A program made the position numbers and the translations under genes. Below, piece by piece: positions 54,176 to 64,000 of a DNA stretch of 64,000 nt. Location: positions 1 through 64,000 of IMG/VR virus record IMGVR_UViG_3300043446_005562; one strand, given 5' to 3'. Below the pieces are notes generated by a model. That model searched no databases. It was not told the DNA's origin and worked only from the letters and a program-made list of their open reading frames with translations. Each line of letters begins with the position of its first letter. The first letter of the stretch is position 1.

Positions 54176-56119
54176 TTAAACCCCGAAAGCTGAGCCTGAA
54201 TTTATATTAGCAGCATCTTCCCTTTTTGTTTGAGTGGCCCGTACATTACCACGAAGTTGTGATCTCAATTGGGTATTTGCCTCGGTCAGGGCTGCAACTT
54301 GTGAATTAAGTTGAGCAATTAGCACCTCGTTACTGATTGCCGTGGCTGCGTCCTCGCCTGCTGAAATTACACTGGCATACTCGGTTGATGAAACCCATTG
54401 CCCGGTGTAGAGTAGACTCTCTGTACCGTCTGTTTTTGACACTAGCGTAATTGTAAACGTATTATCAGTTGAATCCAATATCATTTTAGCCTTTTCTTTG
54501 GGAATTCTAAATGCAATTTGGCCGTTACTAGGTCGGGTCAAATTTGAATCAGTTAGTGCGGCAAATACTAGATCAACGTTATCGCTAAAATTAAGATTGA
54601 ATTGTGAATTGTTGTTCAGATCAAGGGCTTTGTAGGTTGCATCAGTTTTGGTTGAACTTGCTTCGTAAACCGTAAACATGATCACATTGTCTACTGGATC
54701 AATTGGCACAGTTAGTCTGCCCTGACCGTAAATAACCGCATCTCCGCCTGCACTGGCTTGGGATAGTACGTTTTTTTGGCTTAGTCTAATTAGGGGCTGT
54801 TTGATTGGCAGGTACTCGGGTACCTTGACTTGAATGGTTGTGCTTGTGCCGGCCGAGCTTGCTAGATTTGAGGTGCTGGCTATCACCTGTGCTGATTTTG
54901 GAGAAAAGATTGAGCTTGTCTCAAAGTTTTTCTGAACTATTTTATTGTAGACTTTCATTGATTGCGGAGCCTCAGCAAAAGAAATTTTTGCTAAAGTCTT
55001 ACCGTACTTATTGGGATTAATCACGCTCAAAGAACCTGTCCGAATAACTTGGTCTCCGTTCTTTCGATTTATAAGACGTAGCGTATAGTCAATCGACATT
55101 GAAACGGCAAAGCCTGCCTCTTTTAGAATTGGACGATACGTCAATACTTCGTCGAAGTTATTCTCTTGATACACAATCATGTTGCCGGACGGCACCAGGG
55201 TTGAGCCAATTTGTTCATAAATTTGTAATTGGTGAGATATTATCCAGTCCTGATCAGGTCCGCTGTCGTTTAGGGTATCGATTAGGGAATCCGGGAATCC
55301 GCCGTTCCAGGTTCCAAAGAATTCTAGATAATCGCCATCCGCTGCCTCAGCTAAATGGCAGCCAAGTCCATCAAATTTATTGATTTGAGAAACTGCCCCT
55401 TCGTAATAGTTGACGATTTGATAGCGGTCGTACGTCACGTTATTTGGAGCATTGTACTCTTCATAATTTGCCTCCGCTAAAAATACTGAGATTGGCGCGC
55501 CTTTGATAAAACCTAGTCCTCCAGTAATTGCCCATTCAAATGAAGCGCTGCCGAACTGTGAAAAATCTTCGTCAAGCCAAGGAATTGATGGAATCAAAAT
55601 ATCAACGTATCTATCGTATATTGTATTCGCTAAGAATAGGGGTCTAGTGTTATATGTGAATATGTCTTGGGCGGTTTGGGCATCCAACAAAACATTGGCA
55701 AGCTGAATTTGACTTAGATTGTTTAGTTTATGCTTGACTCCGATTATTATGTTTTGAACTTCTGTAAAATTAAAACCTGAAGCAAAATGTACCCTAACCG
55801 TGTCCATTACTAAATTTGAACTTAGGTTAGCATCAAGTTCAGTTTCAGTAATATTTACGTCATATTGGGAATAAATTGGAATTAGTGTAGTATCATTGTA
55901 AATTGCTTTAGATCCACCGACCGAGATTACGCTGAGGTTTCTGGAATTATGAGTTTCATCAGCATAACCATCTGTGTTATAAATCTGAAGAGTGTCTATG
56001 TTTTTGTTATCAACTAGATAGTACGAAGACGACAGCAATGGCGGATTGATTTCGCCAAGTGGAGTTGCTCTGTATTCTAAAACGCAATAGTCGGATAAAT
56101 TTACAAAACTTGAATTCAT
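54176..56119 (-). CDS. putative structural protein (647 aa)
   Basis: Beta-rich long ORF in structural cluster. Confidence 0.7.
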   Translation of the reverse strand: MNSSFVNLSDYCVLEYRATPLGEINPPLLSSSYYLVDNKNIDTLQIYNTDGYADETHNSRNLSVISVGGSKAIYNDTTLIPIYSQYDVNITETELDANLSSNLVMDTVRVHFASGFNFTEVQNIIIGVKHKLNNLSQIQLANVLLDAQTAQDIFTYNTRPLFLANTIYDRYVDILIPSIPWLDEDFSQFGSASFEWAITGGLGFIKGAPISVFLAEANYEEYNAPNNVTYDRYQIVNYYEGAVSQINKFDGLGCHLAEAADGDYLEFFGTWNGGFPDSLIDTLNDSGPDQDWIISHQLQIYEQIGSTLVPSGNMIVYQENNFDEVLTYRPILKEAGFAVSMSIDYTLRLINRKNGDQVIRTGSLSVINPNKYGKTLAKISFAEAPQSMKVYNKIVQKNFETSSIFSPKSAQVIASTSNLASSAGTSTTIQVKVPEYLPIKQPLIRLSQKNVLSQASAGGDAVIYGQGRLTVPIDPVDNVIMFTVYEASSTKTDATYKALDLNNNSQFNLNFSDNVDLVFAALTDSNLTRPSNGQIAFRIPKEKAKMILDSTDNTFTITLVSKTDGTESLLYTGQWVSSTEYASVISAGEDAATAISNEVLIAQLNSQVAALTEANTQLRSQLRGNVRATQTKREDAANINSGSAFGV

Positions 56120-56120
56120 T

Positions 56121-56945
56121 TTATCGATTGTTTAATTTAATTGTCAACCATCTAGGCGAGTAATAGACTCCAACTCCAACCATTGGTGATAGGATTACCG
56201 GACTTTGCATCACTGCACCATAGCCACCAAATAGAGCTAGTCCCAAATAGCCGCTTGGCTTTTTATTTAATTCATGTTCAATTTGAGTTATTCCGCTTAA
56301 ATCAATTTTTGCTGGAAAAGCGGTTTTTGTTGTAATATTTGCAATTTTCGTCTTGGGATCGCGTGCAATTCCAAGTTCTATTCCCATGCCGACGGTCGTC
56401 GTTAAGTCAATGTTACCGGTTTGGATTTTATTGTCCCGAATCTTTGCAAAAACTGATCCCGCAATTTTATAATAATTTAAAGTATCATAGTGCTTGGCAA
56501 TATCAATTAAAATAGTTGAATCATTTATAATACGGCTGCCCTTATCTGCTGATGAATTTTTAAGACCGCTAATTTCTCGATCCTTGAATTCGATTTTTGT
56601 GTTTAAATAGGCGATCATTTCGCCGTCCTTTGAATGATCTTTAACTAGATCCTTAAATTTGGAGTTAAGTTCACGATACTCAGAGTTGAGCATGTCCTTG
56701 TCAGCAGAGAGTAATTTTATTTCAGATAGAGTGTTACCCTGTTTGTCTTGCCAGTATTCCATTGAATCTTTCATGACTTCAACGTTACCGGCGGTTACAA
56801 TTGCTTTTTGTTTCAATAGGGCATTTTCTCTAGCCAAATCATCGGCTTTGCTGCACTGTCTTAATGATAATAAAACAAATAGTGCAATTGCGACAAGCGC
56901 AATGTACTTTAAATTAGAATTAACCAATGACACCAGATTCTTCAT
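56121..56945 (-). CDS. membrane-anchored coiled-coil protein, possible inner-membrane spanin
   Basis: N-terminal TM, coiled coil, C-terminal GLALFGGYG..VGVGVYY. Confidence 0.6.
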   Translation of the reverse strand: MKNLVSLVNSNLKYIALVAIALFVLLSLRQCSKADDLARENALLKQKAIVTAGNVEVMKDSMEYWQDKQGNTLSEIKLLSADKDMLNSEYRELNSKFKDLVKDHSKDGEMIAYLNTKIEFKDREISGLKNSSADKGSRIINDSTILIDIAKHYDTLNYYKIAGSVFAKIRDNKIQTGNIDLTTTVGMGIELGIARDPKTKIANITTKTAFPAKIDLSGITQIEHELNKKPSGYLGLALFGGYGAVMQSPVILSPMVGVGVYYSPRWLTIKLNNR

Positions 56946-57165
56946 TTAGTTCTTGTATAATTTTATAAAAGTCTGGAGACTGTCCAGTCTCTGACTTTAT
57001 TTTATCTATTAGGAGAGTCTCAGCTTCTCTAAGTTTGACAAGTTCCAGTTCAACTTGATTTTTCTGCAAAGTCAACAATCTGGTCTGCTCTTCAATTATG
57101 GATAGAGATTTACGGATTCTATTGTAATCCGAGATGATCTTTTTTATTTCTTCAAGGTGTCTCAT
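56920..57165 (-). CDS. coiled-coil protein (81 aa)
   Basis: ATG, heptad pattern. Confidence 0.7.
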   Translation of the reverse strand: MRHLEEIKKIISDYNRIRKSLSIIEEQTRLLTLQKNQVELELVKLREAETLLIDKIKSETGQSPDFYKIIQELNEESGVIG

Positions 57166-57167
57166 TT

Positions 57168-59246
57168 TTATATGCTTTTGATTTTTATACCCTGGCTCAC
57201 TAGTACATCGTATATTGCGTGTAGATAAAAGTCCGATAGACTTGTCTCAGATTTAGGCTCCTCTTCCTTGTCTTTCTTGGAGTCCTCTGACTTTTGAGAC
57301 TGCTCGGTTTTACTAATATTTGTCGTATTATTTGAAACATTTGAGGTGTTTGAAACAGATGATTCGGCGGGTCGATTGACCGTGCTGGTTATTGCCTTAT
57401 TGATTTGAGTTGAGGTTTCCTGGCTGGTATTTTGAATTGTTTGACTTACCCCCTTTAGACTCTCAACCACTGGATTTGGTGGATTAAGAACTTGGCTTGC
57501 CTGATAAGGCCTGATCTGTTTATTCGATTCAAGTCTCGACAGATCCATACGTTTAGACTCTTCGGTTGTGCTGGCAACATCTTCTGCCGGATTTTCGGAC
57601 TCTGATTTTTGGTCGGCTGCTCCCAATAAGGTCGAGGCCGCGCTCTTTCCAAGGGTGGTTTGAGTCTCTTTTGTTTTTGAATCACTAACCGATTTTCTAT
57701 CAACCATTAGCGAATTAATCTCCTTTTGAAAGTCCTTTTGCGTGACATTTGAAGCTGAGGTAGTATTGGTTGTCTCAGCCAATATTGTTGAAATAATTTG
57801 TGGTAAATTACCGGGATTTTTTACATACTGTTGAGCAAATTCTTGCTGCTTTCCCTGATCTAAAGTTAAAAATAACTTTCTTAACTTATAGCTATTTTTC
57901 ATGCCTGGCACCTTTAAGTCCGCATAAAATTTTGCAGTAATAGCGTCCGGCGAAAGGCTATATGTTTGTTGTATTATTGAACCTGTTGTAATGTTTGAGA
58001 GAGAATTAGTAATTGAACTAATTAAATTGTTTGCAGTATTAGTAACTGTCTCCAATTGAGTTGAATTGGAATTGGTCGTGGACTGAGCTGCCTCCTCTTG
58101 GGTCTTTGTTGGAGTTTCCGCAGATTTGGTACCAGTTTCATCAGCCGTCTCTTGCGCTTTTTCGACCGGGGCCGCGCCGGGTACAGTCGGTTGATTTGTT
58201 TTTACCTCAGCTTTTGCAGTCGAAGAGACTGGAGCCTGAGCCTGTTTAGACAGCAGGTCTTTGCTAGTGGCCGGTTCGCCAGTGGAGGCAGATCCTCCAC
58301 CCGCTATACTGGTCAACAGACTACTTGGTTTTAGTGAGTCTTCAACGCCAGGCGATTCAAATGAAAATTTTTCAAAAAAGTATTTAATGAAAATCGGTAT
58401 ATTAAAGTACTTTGCTTTGAATCTAGTGTAAATTGCAGAATTGTCGAGACCCGTCTTATCAACGGTTCCCCTATCTAAAATCTTTCTTACTATTTTTTCA
58501 ATAGTGCCGTTTGGGCCAATGAGCTTTGATACTTTCGCAATGGTCGCCCCATTTTTTTCGTATATTCCATTGGGCTCTTTTTCTTTTTTATAGAGTTCCA
58601 TCAACTCTCCAATGAGTTGAGAATACATTGAATTAAAATCAGATCTTAAAATTTCATCGGTAACTTCGGTTTCCTTGGTATGAGCAATATTCCATTTTGC
58701 AAAAGAGGTCGATAGGAGAGTTTTAAGTCGTGGTTTTATTCCAGGATAGGCTGCTATTAGTTTTAGCATATCCGTGCCTAACTCATTAAACTGATCCTTT
58801 GATATTACGCTGGACCCGCCTTGACGAAATGTGTCATTAACTAACTTGAAGTATCCAGATAGATTTGTATCGTCAACTTTTCTAACCGAATAGGGTTTTT
58901 TGGCGTCCTGCCATTTTATTAAATTCGCCTGGCCGATATCAAGCAGAATTGGACGATCCTTTGTATCAACTAACCAAAAACCTCCATTTTTTCTATCAAA
59001 AAATAATTCTACTAATTTGATCCATGGAGCGGCCTCTTCTGGAGTCTCACCCAAGAATGGAAAAATGAATTGGTCTAGTTCAGAATATGCGGAGTCATAG
59101 GCATCAGCCGCTGTTTTAAAACCGGAATTGATTCCAGGATCAGCTTCTGTGTTGAATCGTTCAAGCCCGACTACCTTTTCACTTCCAGGATTTCTGGAGT
59201 CTTTAATTTCTTGAAAATAGGTATCGTATAGTATGTATTCTGCCAA
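57168..59246 (-). CDS. large low-complexity structural protein (baseplate hub / tape-measure-like position)
   Basis: S/T/Q-rich C-terminal half; follows gp26/gp51-like pair; TTG start. Confidence 0.6.
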   Translation of the reverse strand: MAEYILYDTYFQEIKDSRNPGSEKVVGLERFNTEADPGINSGFKTAADAYDSAYSELDQFIFPFLGETPEEAAPWIKLVELFFDRKNGGFWLVDTKDRPILLDIGQANLIKWQDAKKPYSVRKVDDTNLSGYFKLVNDTFRQGGSSVISKDQFNELGTDMLKLIAAYPGIKPRLKTLLSTSFAKWNIAHTKETEVTDEILRSDFNSMYSQLIGELMELYKKEKEPNGIYEKNGATIAKVSKLIGPNGTIEKIVRKILDRGTVDKTGLDNSAIYTRFKAKYFNIPIFIKYFFEKFSFESPGVEDSLKPSSLLTSIAGGGSASTGEPATSKDLLSKQAQAPVSSTAKAEVKTNQPTVPGAAPVEKAQETADETGTKSAETPTKTQEEAAQSTTNSNSTQLETVTNTANNLISSITNSLSNITTGSIIQQTYSLSPDAITAKFYADLKVPGMKNSYKLRKLFLTLDQGKQQEFAQQYVKNPGNLPQIISTILAETTNTTSASNVTQKDFQKEINSLMVDRKSVSDSKTKETQTTLGKSAASTLLGAADQKSESENPAEDVASTTEESKRMDLSRLESNKQIRPYQASQVLNPPNPVVESLKGVSQTIQNTSQETSTQINKAITSTVNRPAESSVSNTSNVSNNTTNISKTEQSQKSEDSKKDKEEEPKSETSLSDFYLHAIYDVLVSQGIKIKSI

Positions 59247-59291
59247 GACCTTTAACTTTTTTGTTATTTATTAAGAAGATTGCACGGTCGA

Positions 59292-59465
59292 TTACTTTGG
59301 ACCGCTCGGCTCAATCTCAAAAGTTTCATTCTGATTCGAGCCAGTCTCTTCAATCAGAAATTTAAGATATTGACTGTATTCATAATACGGCAGCTCATAG
59401 AGAGTCGTAAATGATTGGTTAAGCTTCACGGCAAGAATTCGGTTAATCTCAAATAAGTTCGTCAA
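59292..59465 (-). CDS. T4 gp51-like baseplate hub assembly protein (57 aa, not in ORF track)
   Basis: MTNLFEINRILAVKLNQSFTTLYELPYYEYSQYLKFLIEE...; overlaps end of gp26-like gene. Confidence 0.55.
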   Translation of the reverse strand: MTNLFEINRILAVKLNQSFTTLYELPYYEYSQYLKFLIEETGSNQNETFEIEPSGPK

Positions 59466-60459
59466 GTCCGCCTGAAATAAGGAAAAGATCTTTGACCGTG
59501 AAGCCGGACTGCGAAAAAAGAGGCGATGATACCTTATTTCCGCATTTTGGGCATTGAGTATTAACCATTGATGATCGAGCGTCTTCGATCATTTCTGTGA
59601 ATTTCTTAATGAATGTGAATTTGTTGATATGCCAACCGAATGAACCCTTAGCCAACTCGTTGTACTCCTGTAAATTTAGAGTAGACCAATCTTGAACAAG
59701 ATACGGCGCAACTCCAATAAAGGCTCTATCTGGATTTTTGCCAGTTTTCTTGACGTCTGTGATCCTTGCACGAAGTCGCTCAATTGCACCGATCGTTGGC
59801 ATATAGAGATAGAATGTCTCATTTAATTTTTTGGAATTGATTTCAAAGCACTTGTACTGTGGCGAATAATATTTCATTACCTCTTCAGGTAAATCAATAA
59901 AGCTTAACATCGGGCTCTTGATTTTAACATCATCTGCCCATTTGGTATCGTCTTCGCAGCCAGTTGTACATTCGAATCTTACGTATAGCGAATTTTGATC
60001 AGCTGGAAAGGTCAATTCCTGAATCATGAAGATTAGCGAAAGACGATCTAATTCGGAAATATCTCGCCAAGACAACCAGGATTGGCCGCCCTTGATTTTG
60101 AAACGGCAGCATTTTTCAATTATGTAATTCAGTTTATCATCAACGTCCAACATATCAGCGTCATCGATTGTAGACCACTGTCTAATTTCAGAAACGGTTG
60201 CCGATTTAATTGTGATTTCCGAATTTTCCGGATAGAATAGCCCCTTTGATGGAAGATTCTCCAGAGGTACGTTCTTCCAAAAGAGATCGTTTGGACCGCC
60301 GACCGTTGATTCAAGCATTGGTGTTCGGGCCTGGCCTAGTGAAGTAGGCTGAGTTTCTGCGGGGTTCGGCTGCTTGATGTCCGAATTTAATCCGTACGTT
60401 TTGTCCTGCTTTTCCAAAAAAGCCGACGCTTCGTCCAGAAGATCATCCTTCTCTGTCAT
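59449..60459 (-). CDS. T4 gp26-like baseplate hub assembly protein
   Basis: LPSKGLFY, ITIKSATVSE, DRLSLIFMIQELT, CPKCG, C-terminal KDLF. Confidence 0.7.
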   Translation of the reverse strand: MTEKDDLLDEASAFLEKQDKTYGLNSDIKQPNPAETQPTSLGQARTPMLESTVGGPNDLFWKNVPLENLPSKGLFYPENSEITIKSATVSEIRQWSTIDDADMLDVDDKLNYIIEKCCRFKIKGGQSWLSWRDISELDRLSLIFMIQELTFPADQNSLYVRFECTTGCEDDTKWADDVKIKSPMLSFIDLPEEVMKYYSPQYKCFEINSKKLNETFYLYMPTIGAIERLRARITDVKKTGKNPDRAFIGVAPYLVQDWSTLNLQEYNELAKGSFGWHINKFTFIKKFTEMIEDARSSMVNTQCPKCGNKVSSPLFSQSGFTVKDLFLISGGLDELI

Positions 60460-60482
60460 TTGTACTAGATTTGTTTAAGTAA

Positions 60483-60935
60483 TTATATCACGAATTCCAG
60501 GAAGGTTTTCGCTACATGGGATCTAGATTCGTTTAGGCGATCTAGGGTTTCAGGATACACTTCAATTACCTTTGAAGTTTTTGGATCCCGAATAAAGGCT
60601 CTGATTGTTTTGGTTGCCTTGTCTATTTTTAAGGATTCAAATTTGCCAATTACAATTTGTGGATTTTTATCCTTATTTGAGAATGTTGAATTTACCTTTA
60701 CTCCGCTAATTCTAGAGCCCTTTTTGAATTGTTGGCTCATTGCCTTAATTTCATTTTCAAACTCGTCAGTTTCAACTTGAGCCGGTCTAGATAGGTCGGA
60801 TAGTGGTAACAATTTAATTGCAATCCCGTTACTAAATGGGGACTTTGACGCAACAAAATTAAAATCGGCCTTGCCGTAAAACGGTAGGCCCTGCATTGCT
60901 TGCTGTCTCTGTCCAAATGTTAGTACTGGTGTCAT
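60483..60935 (-). CDS. hypothetical late protein (150 aa)
   Basis: ATG, tight packing. Confidence 0.75.
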   Translation of the reverse strand: MTPVLTFGQRQQAMQGLPFYGKADFNFVASKSPFSNGIAIKLLPLSDLSRPAQVETDEFENEIKAMSQQFKKGSRISGVKVNSTFSNKDKNPQIVIGKFESLKIDKATKTIRAFIRDPKTSKVIEVYPETLDRLNESRSHVAKTFLEFVI

Positions 60936-60936
60936 A

Positions 60937-61254
60937 TTAAACTATACCCGGCGTATTTGTTGTACCCAATAGAGTTACGTTACCTGTAACCTGAATTTTT
61001 GCAATTCTTGCATAAAAGGTTGAACCCTTAAGTAGATGAACGGTTGCACCGGAACCTGATGTTCCCTGTTCAACTGTCCATATTGTAACGTCTTGTGCAG
61101 CGCTTGGATTGTGAACTCCAAAATAGTTAGGAGTCCAGGTTCCAAGAGAACCTGTCGCGGAGCCAAATCCAGATCCATCGGTGAAGGTTGGAGTGTAATC
61201 AGTTGAGGTGTCGCTACTTGTGTGAGTCTTTAAGTATCTTGCGGTTGGTGTCAT
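60937..61254 (-). CDS. Thr/Gly-rich putative structural protein
   Basis: ATG, beta-rich composition. Confidence 0.7.
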   Translation of the reverse strand: MTPTARYLKTHTSSDTSTDYTPTFTDGSGFGSATGSLGTWTPNYFGVHNPSAAQDVTIWTVEQGTSGSGATVHLLKGSTFYARIAKIQVTGNVTLLGTTNTPGIV

Positions 61255-61269
61255 TTGTGTTTATGTTTT

Positions 61270-61986
61270 TTAACAAGCACAGTCGCTTGGATCAGTATTG
61301 CTTTTTGTATAGATCACCAATCCTGTAACTTTAATGCTAAACTTAGAGTTTGGATTGTATATCTCTAGCTTATTTATTAAACTGTCAGCGCCACGAGTTT
61401 CTGGATTCGCGAAGTGAGCAAAAAATTGGTGTAGAGGAACTTCAAAGGTTTCAAATAGCCGATTGGTGAATTTTATCTTGCATTCATAATCAGCCGGTAA
61501 AATATCATCCCCGTTTTTATCCTTGGTTGGATACTTGACGTAGAGAATACAGCCTCTAACGTAATTACGGTCGTTTGCGATTACGTAATAGATTGGAGTA
61601 TTTGAAGGATCTAGCGTATAATCAATGTATTCTTCAATTCCTTCGCTAGTTAATGGATAATTAGACGGAGCTCCTGGATAACTGCTTGGGGTAACGTTGT
61701 AAACTGAGTCAGAGGTGTCCGTTGTATTGTCGTCGGTGTGATTGTCAAAAACAACTAGAGTTTCGCCGGCACAAACTTCAAAATCGATCGACAGGCTACT
61801 GTCTACTGGATAGATGAAATTTTCAAGTTCGCAAAAGCTTGCCTCTTTTTTTGAGCCGTTAAAGATGCTGAAACAACGATCAAGTAGCTTGAGAATCTTT
61901 TTCTTTGGATCGGTTGCACATAGATTTGCAAAAGCTGCACTCGTTCTTTTGGCTAATGGATCATCATTAAATTTAATGTACGACAT
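61270..61986 (-). CDS. putative structural protein (238 aa)
   Basis: Long ORF in structural cluster. Confidence 0.75.
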   Translation of the reverse strand: MSYIKFNDDPLAKRTSAAFANLCATDPKKKILKLLDRCFSIFNGSKKEASFCELENFIYPVDSSLSIDFEVCAGETLVVFDNHTDDNTTDTSDSVYNVTPSSYPGAPSNYPLTSEGIEEYIDYTLDPSNTPIYYVIANDRNYVRGCILYVKYPTKDKNGDDILPADYECKIKFTNRLFETFEVPLHQFFAHFANPETRGADSLINKLEIYNPNSKFSIKVTGLVIYTKSNTDPSDCAC

Positions 61987-62001
61987 TCATACTAGACTTT
62001 T

Positions 62002-62709
62002 TTAACGATCAAACGGTTTCTTTAAAGTATTGGTTCCGGCAAGCGGAAGGCCTCTAGCAATAATATCATCAATTGATCTAGTCTTATCTATTCGAGGGTT
62101 TGGAGTAGTTGTTTCAGAAGTCGGTACTGGTTCTTCTTCAATTTGGGAGTCAGCTGGTTCCACCTCGTTGGCCGGGTGTTCATACGGAACCTCAACCGGT
62201 TCAGTCTTGGCCTCAACCTGCTCGGCTTGAGGCTCATCAGCCTTGGAAAGGGTCGATTCAGCCTCTACTGCAATCTCGCTGGGTTTAATGTAGTCAACTA
62301 AAGATTTAATAAAGCCAAGCGCAACAACTGGTAAAATTGCACCGCTGACTATTGAGAGCATTCTCTTTTGATAGATTAACTCCTCATCAACTAGCCCAAA
62401 CAATTCAATCCAGCCCTGAAAATCATGCAGGTGAGTGAATGCATAGTAAGTATTACCCATGGCCTGCATTGCGGTTAAGATTATGAAAAGTCCCCAAACA
62501 ATGCCCTTGTTCATTTTTTCAAGGGTTATGAGAGACGCAAGAGATGCGGCTGCTCCAACTTCAAATGCAATCGCTAGACTTATGGCCAACCAGGTTGGAT
62601 TGGACAACATAAAGAAGTCAATTACGTGAATTGTTGAAATTACTGAAACTAGTAGATAAAGGGTAACAAATGTACCGATTATGAAATAGCCAGTTGCCTT
62701 TTTTCCCAT
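62002..62709 (-). CDS. multi-pass membrane protein with acidic tail
   Basis: Four hydrophobic helices; AIAFEVGAAASL. Confidence 0.75.
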   Translation of the reverse strand: MGKKATGYFIIGTFVTLYLLVSVISTIHVIDFFMLSNPTWLAISLAIAFEVGAAASLASLITLEKMNKGIVWGLFIILTAMQAMGNTYYAFTHLHDFQGWIELFGLVDEELIYQKRMLSIVSGAILPVVALGFIKSLVDYIKPSEIAVEAESTLSKADEPQAEQVEAKTEPVEVPYEHPANEVEPADSQIEEEPVPTSETTTPNPRIDKTRSIDDIIARGLPLAGTNTLKKPFDR

Positions 62710-63002
62710 TATTTACTTGATTCTAATTTTTTGATCTCGTTATCGATTTCAGTTTGACGATTTACATCAAGAATCTTACGATCGGTCGATTGAATCATAC
62801 GCTTCTCGGCCTTTAGTCCCTCAATCTCAAGAAACTTGTTAAGCTCTTTGGTTGTGCATAGCGAATCCAGGTGAGAATTTGTAATTTTTTCCTGTTTTTC
62901 AATTTTAGAGATTCGGCTTGAATTGCCGCATTGTTGTACGAATAGGATCAATAACAGACCCAATACAATCTTGTTGAAATGCTTATTTAAGAAATTCATC
63001 AT
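62709..63002 (-). CDS. membrane-anchored protein (97 aa)
   Basis: TM helix ending in QQC; late promoter. Confidence 0.7.
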   Translation of the reverse strand: MMNFLNKHFNKIVLGLLLILFVQQCGNSSRISKIEKQEKITNSHLDSLCTTKELNKFLEIEGLKAEKRMIQSTDRKILDVNRQTEIDNEIKKLESSK

Positions 63003-63028
63003 TTTTAAAAAGACTTTTTGTTATTTAT

Positions 63029-63535
63029 TTATTTTCGGTTAAAGAAGTTAGTGATAGCCTCTCCGATCTCACGATAGTGTAGTGCACCCTGAGTGATCCA
63101 ATAAATTAAAAAGGCTGCTGCTGTTAACCAAGTAAGAACATAAAAATAGTCCCTAAATTTAGCAGATGGTCGATACTTGATTTGAATGAGATAGGCGTAA
63201 TAGTCTTCGGTTTTGATTCGCTCGGTCTTGGCCTCAATCAATTCACCAAGCTCAGCCTTTTCAAAAATTGGTTTTCTTAGACCCAGTGACTCAAAAACTC
63301 GGCTTCTTTCCAACTCTAAAGCATCAGCTCCGGCCATTAGGGTCTCGGGCTCTAAATTGAGAATGTAATAGGCTCGGGATCTCATATCGAGTCTCATGCT
63401 AAGCTGTTTTAGAGAACCGTCATTTTTTAATTTTTTGACCTGCGATTTATAAAATCTGTGATTAACAATATTTCTTACGCACCTGACTAGGGTCTCGTAA
63501 AACGTAATGGGATTAAGTAGATTAAGTATTTCCAT
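63029..63535 (-). CDS. protein with C-terminal TM helix (168 aa)
   Basis: LRMDMRSRAYYILNL-like segment; C-terminal hydrophobic helix. Confidence 0.75.
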   Translation of the reverse strand: MEILNLLNPITFYETLVRCVRNIVNHRFYKSQVKKLKNDGSLKQLSMRLDMRSRAYYILNLEPETLMAGADALELERSRVFESLGLRKPIFEKAELGELIEAKTERIKTEDYYAYLIQIKYRPSAKFRDYFYVLTWLTAAAFLIYWITQGALHYREIGEAITNFFNRK

Positions 63536-63537
63536 AA

Positions 63538-64000
63538 TTAAAAGTATTGTTCTAAATTATCTTTCATTTGCGGATTTTTCTCCAGCACCCGGTCCCTAAC
63601 CATTTTTCTGGCTTTGCGAATTTTGGTCTTGACTGTATTGAGATTCATGCTGTATTTTTCAGCAATTTCATTGCCTTTCATTGAATGAATCTCCTTGTCA
63701 ATTAGGATGGACTTTTCAATGCACTCAGGTAAATCAGCCATCTCCATTTGAGTCATTGTGTAGAGAGAATCAAGATAGAGTTCCTTTTCAAAATTAAAGG
63801 CTGAATCATCCTCAATCGCAGGCGGTGTCAACATATTATCCAAACGAACTGCCCATTGTTTTTGAAGCTTATGTTTGTGTAGTAGAGATTCGTTCTTGGC
63901 AATCGTATAGATCCAGGTCGTGAATCTAAAGTTGTCGTTGTACGATGAGATTCCCTTGAATATTTTAAAAAGAGTGTTGTGTAGCACCTCGTCAGTCTCG
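63538..64000 (-). CDS. ECF-like sigma-70 factor, 5' end outside window
   Basis: EVLHNTLFKIF...FRFTTWIYTIAKN (region 2); MKGNEIAEKYSMNLNTVKTKIRKAR (region 4 HTH). Confidence 0.85.
   Translation of the reverse strand, partial: ETDEVLHNTLFKIFKGISSYNDNFRFTTWIYTIAKNESLLHKHKLQKQWAVRLDNMLTPPAIEDDSAFNFEKELYLDSLYTMTQMEMADLPECIEKSILIDKEIHSMKGNEIAEKYSMNLNTVKTKIRKARKMVRDRVLEKNPQMKDNLEQYF

Larger units (their letters stand above)
11764..63028. promoter_or_regulatory. late-type promoter core ATAAATA (T4 TATAAATA-like), about 17 copies
   Basis: Plus: 11764, 14984, 17207, 17995, 21917, 24707, 33097, 44434. Minus: 17187, 21868, 27952, 32287, 35599, 44388, 49981, 54111, 59265, 63022. Nearly all within ~50 nt of a downstream start on the same strand. 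Confidence 0.75.

Noticed and set aside
296-62230. Numerous antisense or alternate-frame ORFs in the track (e.g. 296-586, 2722-2979, 12007-12543, 48795-49412)
   Set aside because: They shadow well-supported genes, mostly have non-ATG starts and show no family motifs.
1-64000. Stop-codon reassignment (alternative genetic code)
   Set aside because: Long conserved enzymes are intact under the standard code, and TAA, TAG and TGA all terminate tightly packed genes.
1-64000. tRNA, rRNA, transposase or integrase genes
   Set aside because: None recognised by eye; tRNAscan-SE and HMM searches were not run, so a divergent tRNA could be missed.

Overview
This is 64 kb of a large lytic phage genome with T4-like architecture, in the standard genetic code. 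The host is most likely a Bacteroidota bacterium, based on a Flavobacterium-like bS21, DUF3127 and DUF4494 genes, a sigma-70 lacking region 1.1, TAnnTTTG-like early promoters and A-rich leaders without Shine-Dalgarno sites. Bases 1-9.7 kb are a leftward early region of small genes, carrying 13 copies of one promoter plus DnaA-box-like elements, and an RpoD-like sigma factor. A GC-rich, helically phased repeat tract (9.75-10.0 kb) sits at the strand switch. Bases 10-50 kb interleave two gene classes. The first is genes behind ATAAATA (late-type) promoters whose products share a T4 capsid-targeting-like N-terminus: cell-wall hydrolases, a GNAT-like protein, a nucleotidyltransferase, an ATP-grasp protein, annexin-like proteins and a PT-TG protein. 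The second is replication and repair genes (ThyA, Gmk, ATP-dependent ligase, UvsE, Nei, exonucleases), plus an HDAC-family deacetylase, Hsp20, a lipoprotein tyrosinase, a Nudix hydrolase and bS21. Bases 50-52.2 kb hold a three-gene operon (FkbM methyltransferase, MBD4-like glycosylase, T4 beta-glucosyltransferase-like protein), the best candidate here for an undescribed DNA-modification system. Bases 52-64 kb are structural/baseplate genes and an ECF-like sigma factor cut by the window edge. A ~380-nt highly structured non-coding segment (34.64-35.02 kb) and an A9 frameshift candidate (52.56 kb) were also found. No tRNA, rRNA, CRISPR array or transposase was seen. All family calls are by-eye motif recognition, with no database searches.
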